A stretch of 63,952 nucleotides of DNA, filler included, from Octopus bimaculoides (taxonomy: Eukaryota): the NCBI RefSeq assembly GCF_001194135.2. It is 7 parts of 7 records of this genome, joined end to end, with 100 filler letters (N's around TTAATTAATTAA, not from the genome) between each part and the next. Parts side by side here need not be neighbours in the genome. Positions count along the whole stretch, not along the records: positions 60,869 to 62,677 come from NW_026362806.1; positions 62,778 to 63,952 come from NW_026417599.1; 5 more parts are not named here. One strand, 5' to 3'. Below are positions 61,973-63,952 of the stretch, piece after piece. Within the stretch, counting starts at the first letter, position 1; each line of letters begins with the position of its first letter. The notes below the pieces were generated by a model. That model ran no database searches. It saw only the letters and a program-made list of their open reading frames with translations, and was not told where the DNA came from. The translations under genes were made by a program, and so were the position numbers.

Positions 61973-62677
61973 GTGGATTTGGCAGACGGAAACTGTAAGG
62001 AAGCCCTTCGAATATATGCATTGTGTGGTAACTAGCTTGCTTACCAACAACATGGTTCTGGGTTCAGTCCCACTGTGTGGCACCTTGGGCAAGTGTCTTC
62101 TACTATAGCCACGTACAGACCAAAGCCATGTGAGTGGATTTGGCAGACGGAAACTGAAAGGAAGCCCTTCGAATGTATGCATTGTGTGGTAACTAGCTTG
62201 CTTACCAACAACATGGTGCTGGGTTCAGTCCCACTACGTGGCACCTTGGGCAAGTGTCTTCTACTATAGCTCCGGACAGACCAAAGCCATGTGAGTGGAT
62301 TTGGCAGACGGAAACTGAAAGGAAGCCCTACGAATGTATGCATTGTGTGGTAACTAGCTTGCTTACCAGCCACATGGTTCTGGGTTCAGTCCCACTGTGT
62401 GGCACCTTGGGCAAGTGTCTTCTACTATAGCCCCGGGCCGACCAAATACTTGTGAGTGGATTTGGCAGACGAAAACTGAAAGGAAGCCCTTCGAATATAT
62501 GCATTGTGAGGTAACTAGCTTGCTTACCAACCACATAGTTCTGGGTTCAGTCCCACTACGTGGCACCTTGGGCAAGTATCTTCTACTATAGCCCCGGACA
62601 GACCAATGCCTTGTGAGTGGCTTTGGCAGACGGAAACTGAAAGGAAGCCCTTCGAATATATGCATTGTGTGGTAACT
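61973..62677 (+). repeat. 161-bp satellite made of the SINE family B tRNA head; at least 4.3 copies, open-ended into a gap
   Basis: The anchor TTGTG(T/A)GGTAACT recurs at 62021, 62182, 62343, 62504 and 62665. Confidence 0.92.
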
Positions 62678-63057
62678 NNNNNNNNNNNNNNNNNNNNNNN
62701 NNNNNNNNNNNNNNNNNNNNNTTAATTAATTAANNNNNNNNNNNNNNNNNNNNNNNNNNNNNNNNNNNNNNNNNNNNTATATGTACATACACACACATAT
62801 ATGTATGTATGTACGTATGTATGCATGCATGTACGTATGTGTGAGTCTATGTATAGATGTATGTATGTTAGGAAAACATAATCCAATAATCTGAAGTGTA
62901 CAATAAAATATATCTATTGATAAACAATACAAATGTTAGCAATCACTGTTGTTTGTAATCTGATACACATGGACAAATGTAAACAAATGTGGTTTTTTTG
63001 TTATCTCTTAAAAGATAGTGTACCCCCATTAATGTATCGTTAATTGCTCAACATTAC

Positions 63058-63189
63058 CTAATGTCTTTTCTTTTTCAAACAGTAGCGTGCAAATTTGAGA
63101 GGGTATATGACTGCAATGTTTAGCCGGTCCATCGACCACATCGTAGCTCCCCTCGTTGTTGTTGTTATTGTTTTCGTCTTTGGTCAAAC
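63058..63189 (-). CDS. Candidate internal coding exon (132 nt, phase 1-1), product unknown
   Basis: Acceptor tctgctcaatttcAG|, open frame (G)LTKDENNNNNNEGSYDVVDGPAKHCSHIPSQICTLLFEKEKTL(G), donor AG|GTAATG. No recognisable domain. Confidence 0.35.
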
Positions 63190-63414
63190 CTGAAATTGAG
63201 CAGACCAGTGGTGAAGAACGTTCTAAACATGATCGTTTCACCTTCTTCATATATCCTCAACTGCTTCTTTTAATGTGTCCTTTTTAAAGCAAGAGACCAG
63301 TGGTTCTCAACCCTTGACTGGGGTGTATAAAAGATTTTGTGAAAATTTATGTGCAATAAGCAAAAATGCTAGATCTAAAATGTCTCTAAGAGACCAACGC
63401 AGTAGTTATACTGA

Positions 63415-63594
63415 CAAGTAATATTCATAGCCACGAATATGGTTGTCCATTCGAATGGACTCTGTTGCTCGCAGTTTATCTGATGCAGCTCTGCATCGTT
63501 AACCAGCTAAGAAGATGTTCTCTTGGCGTTAAAAAATCGCAGTGGAGTCCGTTCGAACGGACAGCCATGTTGAAGTGGCTACGAGTATTACTTG
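63415..63594. mobile_element. 180-bp MITE-like element, ~50-bp TIRs each containing a 16-bp palindrome
   Basis: caagtaatattcatagccacgaatatggttgtccattcgaatggactc ... gagtccgttcgaacggacagccatgttgaagtggctacgagtattacttg. Confidence 0.75.
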
Positions 63595-63952
63595 ATATGT
63601 GCAATAATAAGTTGCTTATATTTCAACAATACATAAAATATACAACTCATAATAATATTAATCATAAAAATATAATTGGACTCTTTTACACATCGAATGA
63701 TCCAGTGGAATAAAACACGGATCGAAGAGGTCGTTAGAGAAAAGAATGGTTGAAGACCATTGCAAAAGGGAGTTATTTGAGAAGAATTTGGCTGACATTT
63801 TGAAATAAACCAAGTACTTGGAAAGTCCCTCGTCGGCTATTTCGCATGTATACATATATGTATATGCATACACACAGATGCATATACATATATGTATACA
63901 TGCAAAATATACGTGTATACACACACATGTATATGTATATATATATATATAT

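Overview
Repeat-dense, gap-ridden animal genomic DNA, not a prokaryotic window. SINE content, very long (TA)n/(CA)n/(GATA)n/(AAT)n tracts and TTAGGG repeats suggest an octopus; that attribution is inference. The only host gene I recognise is the first coding exon of CD2BP2/U5-52K (minus strand, 1776-2004). The rest is mostly decayed mobile DNA: at least six SINE-like families (my labels A-F), a long Penelope-like element (RT + GIY-YIG), three RLE-type R4/Dong-like LINE fragments, an RTE 3' end, three mariner remnants, a Helitron Rep/helicase remnant and about eight foldback/MITE-type elements. Best leads: (1) a young 231-bp CpG-rich foldback element with a 9-bp TSD and telomeric repeats inside self-folding arms (55386-55616), within a 1.8-kb cluster of five unrelated hairpins; (2) a cluster of three perfect CREs plus a strong splice donor (59.05-59.73 kb); (3) a 161-bp satellite built from a SINE tRNA head (61.97-62.68 kb); (4) an orphan TATA/Inr promoter with a short first exon (16.0-16.2 kb). 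Most ORFs in the supplied track are microsatellite or N-gap artefacts. The N44-TTAATTAATTAA-N44 blocks are scaffolding linkers, so context across them is uncertain. All family assignments come from motifs recognised by eye, with no database search. I found no single large novel multi-gene system.
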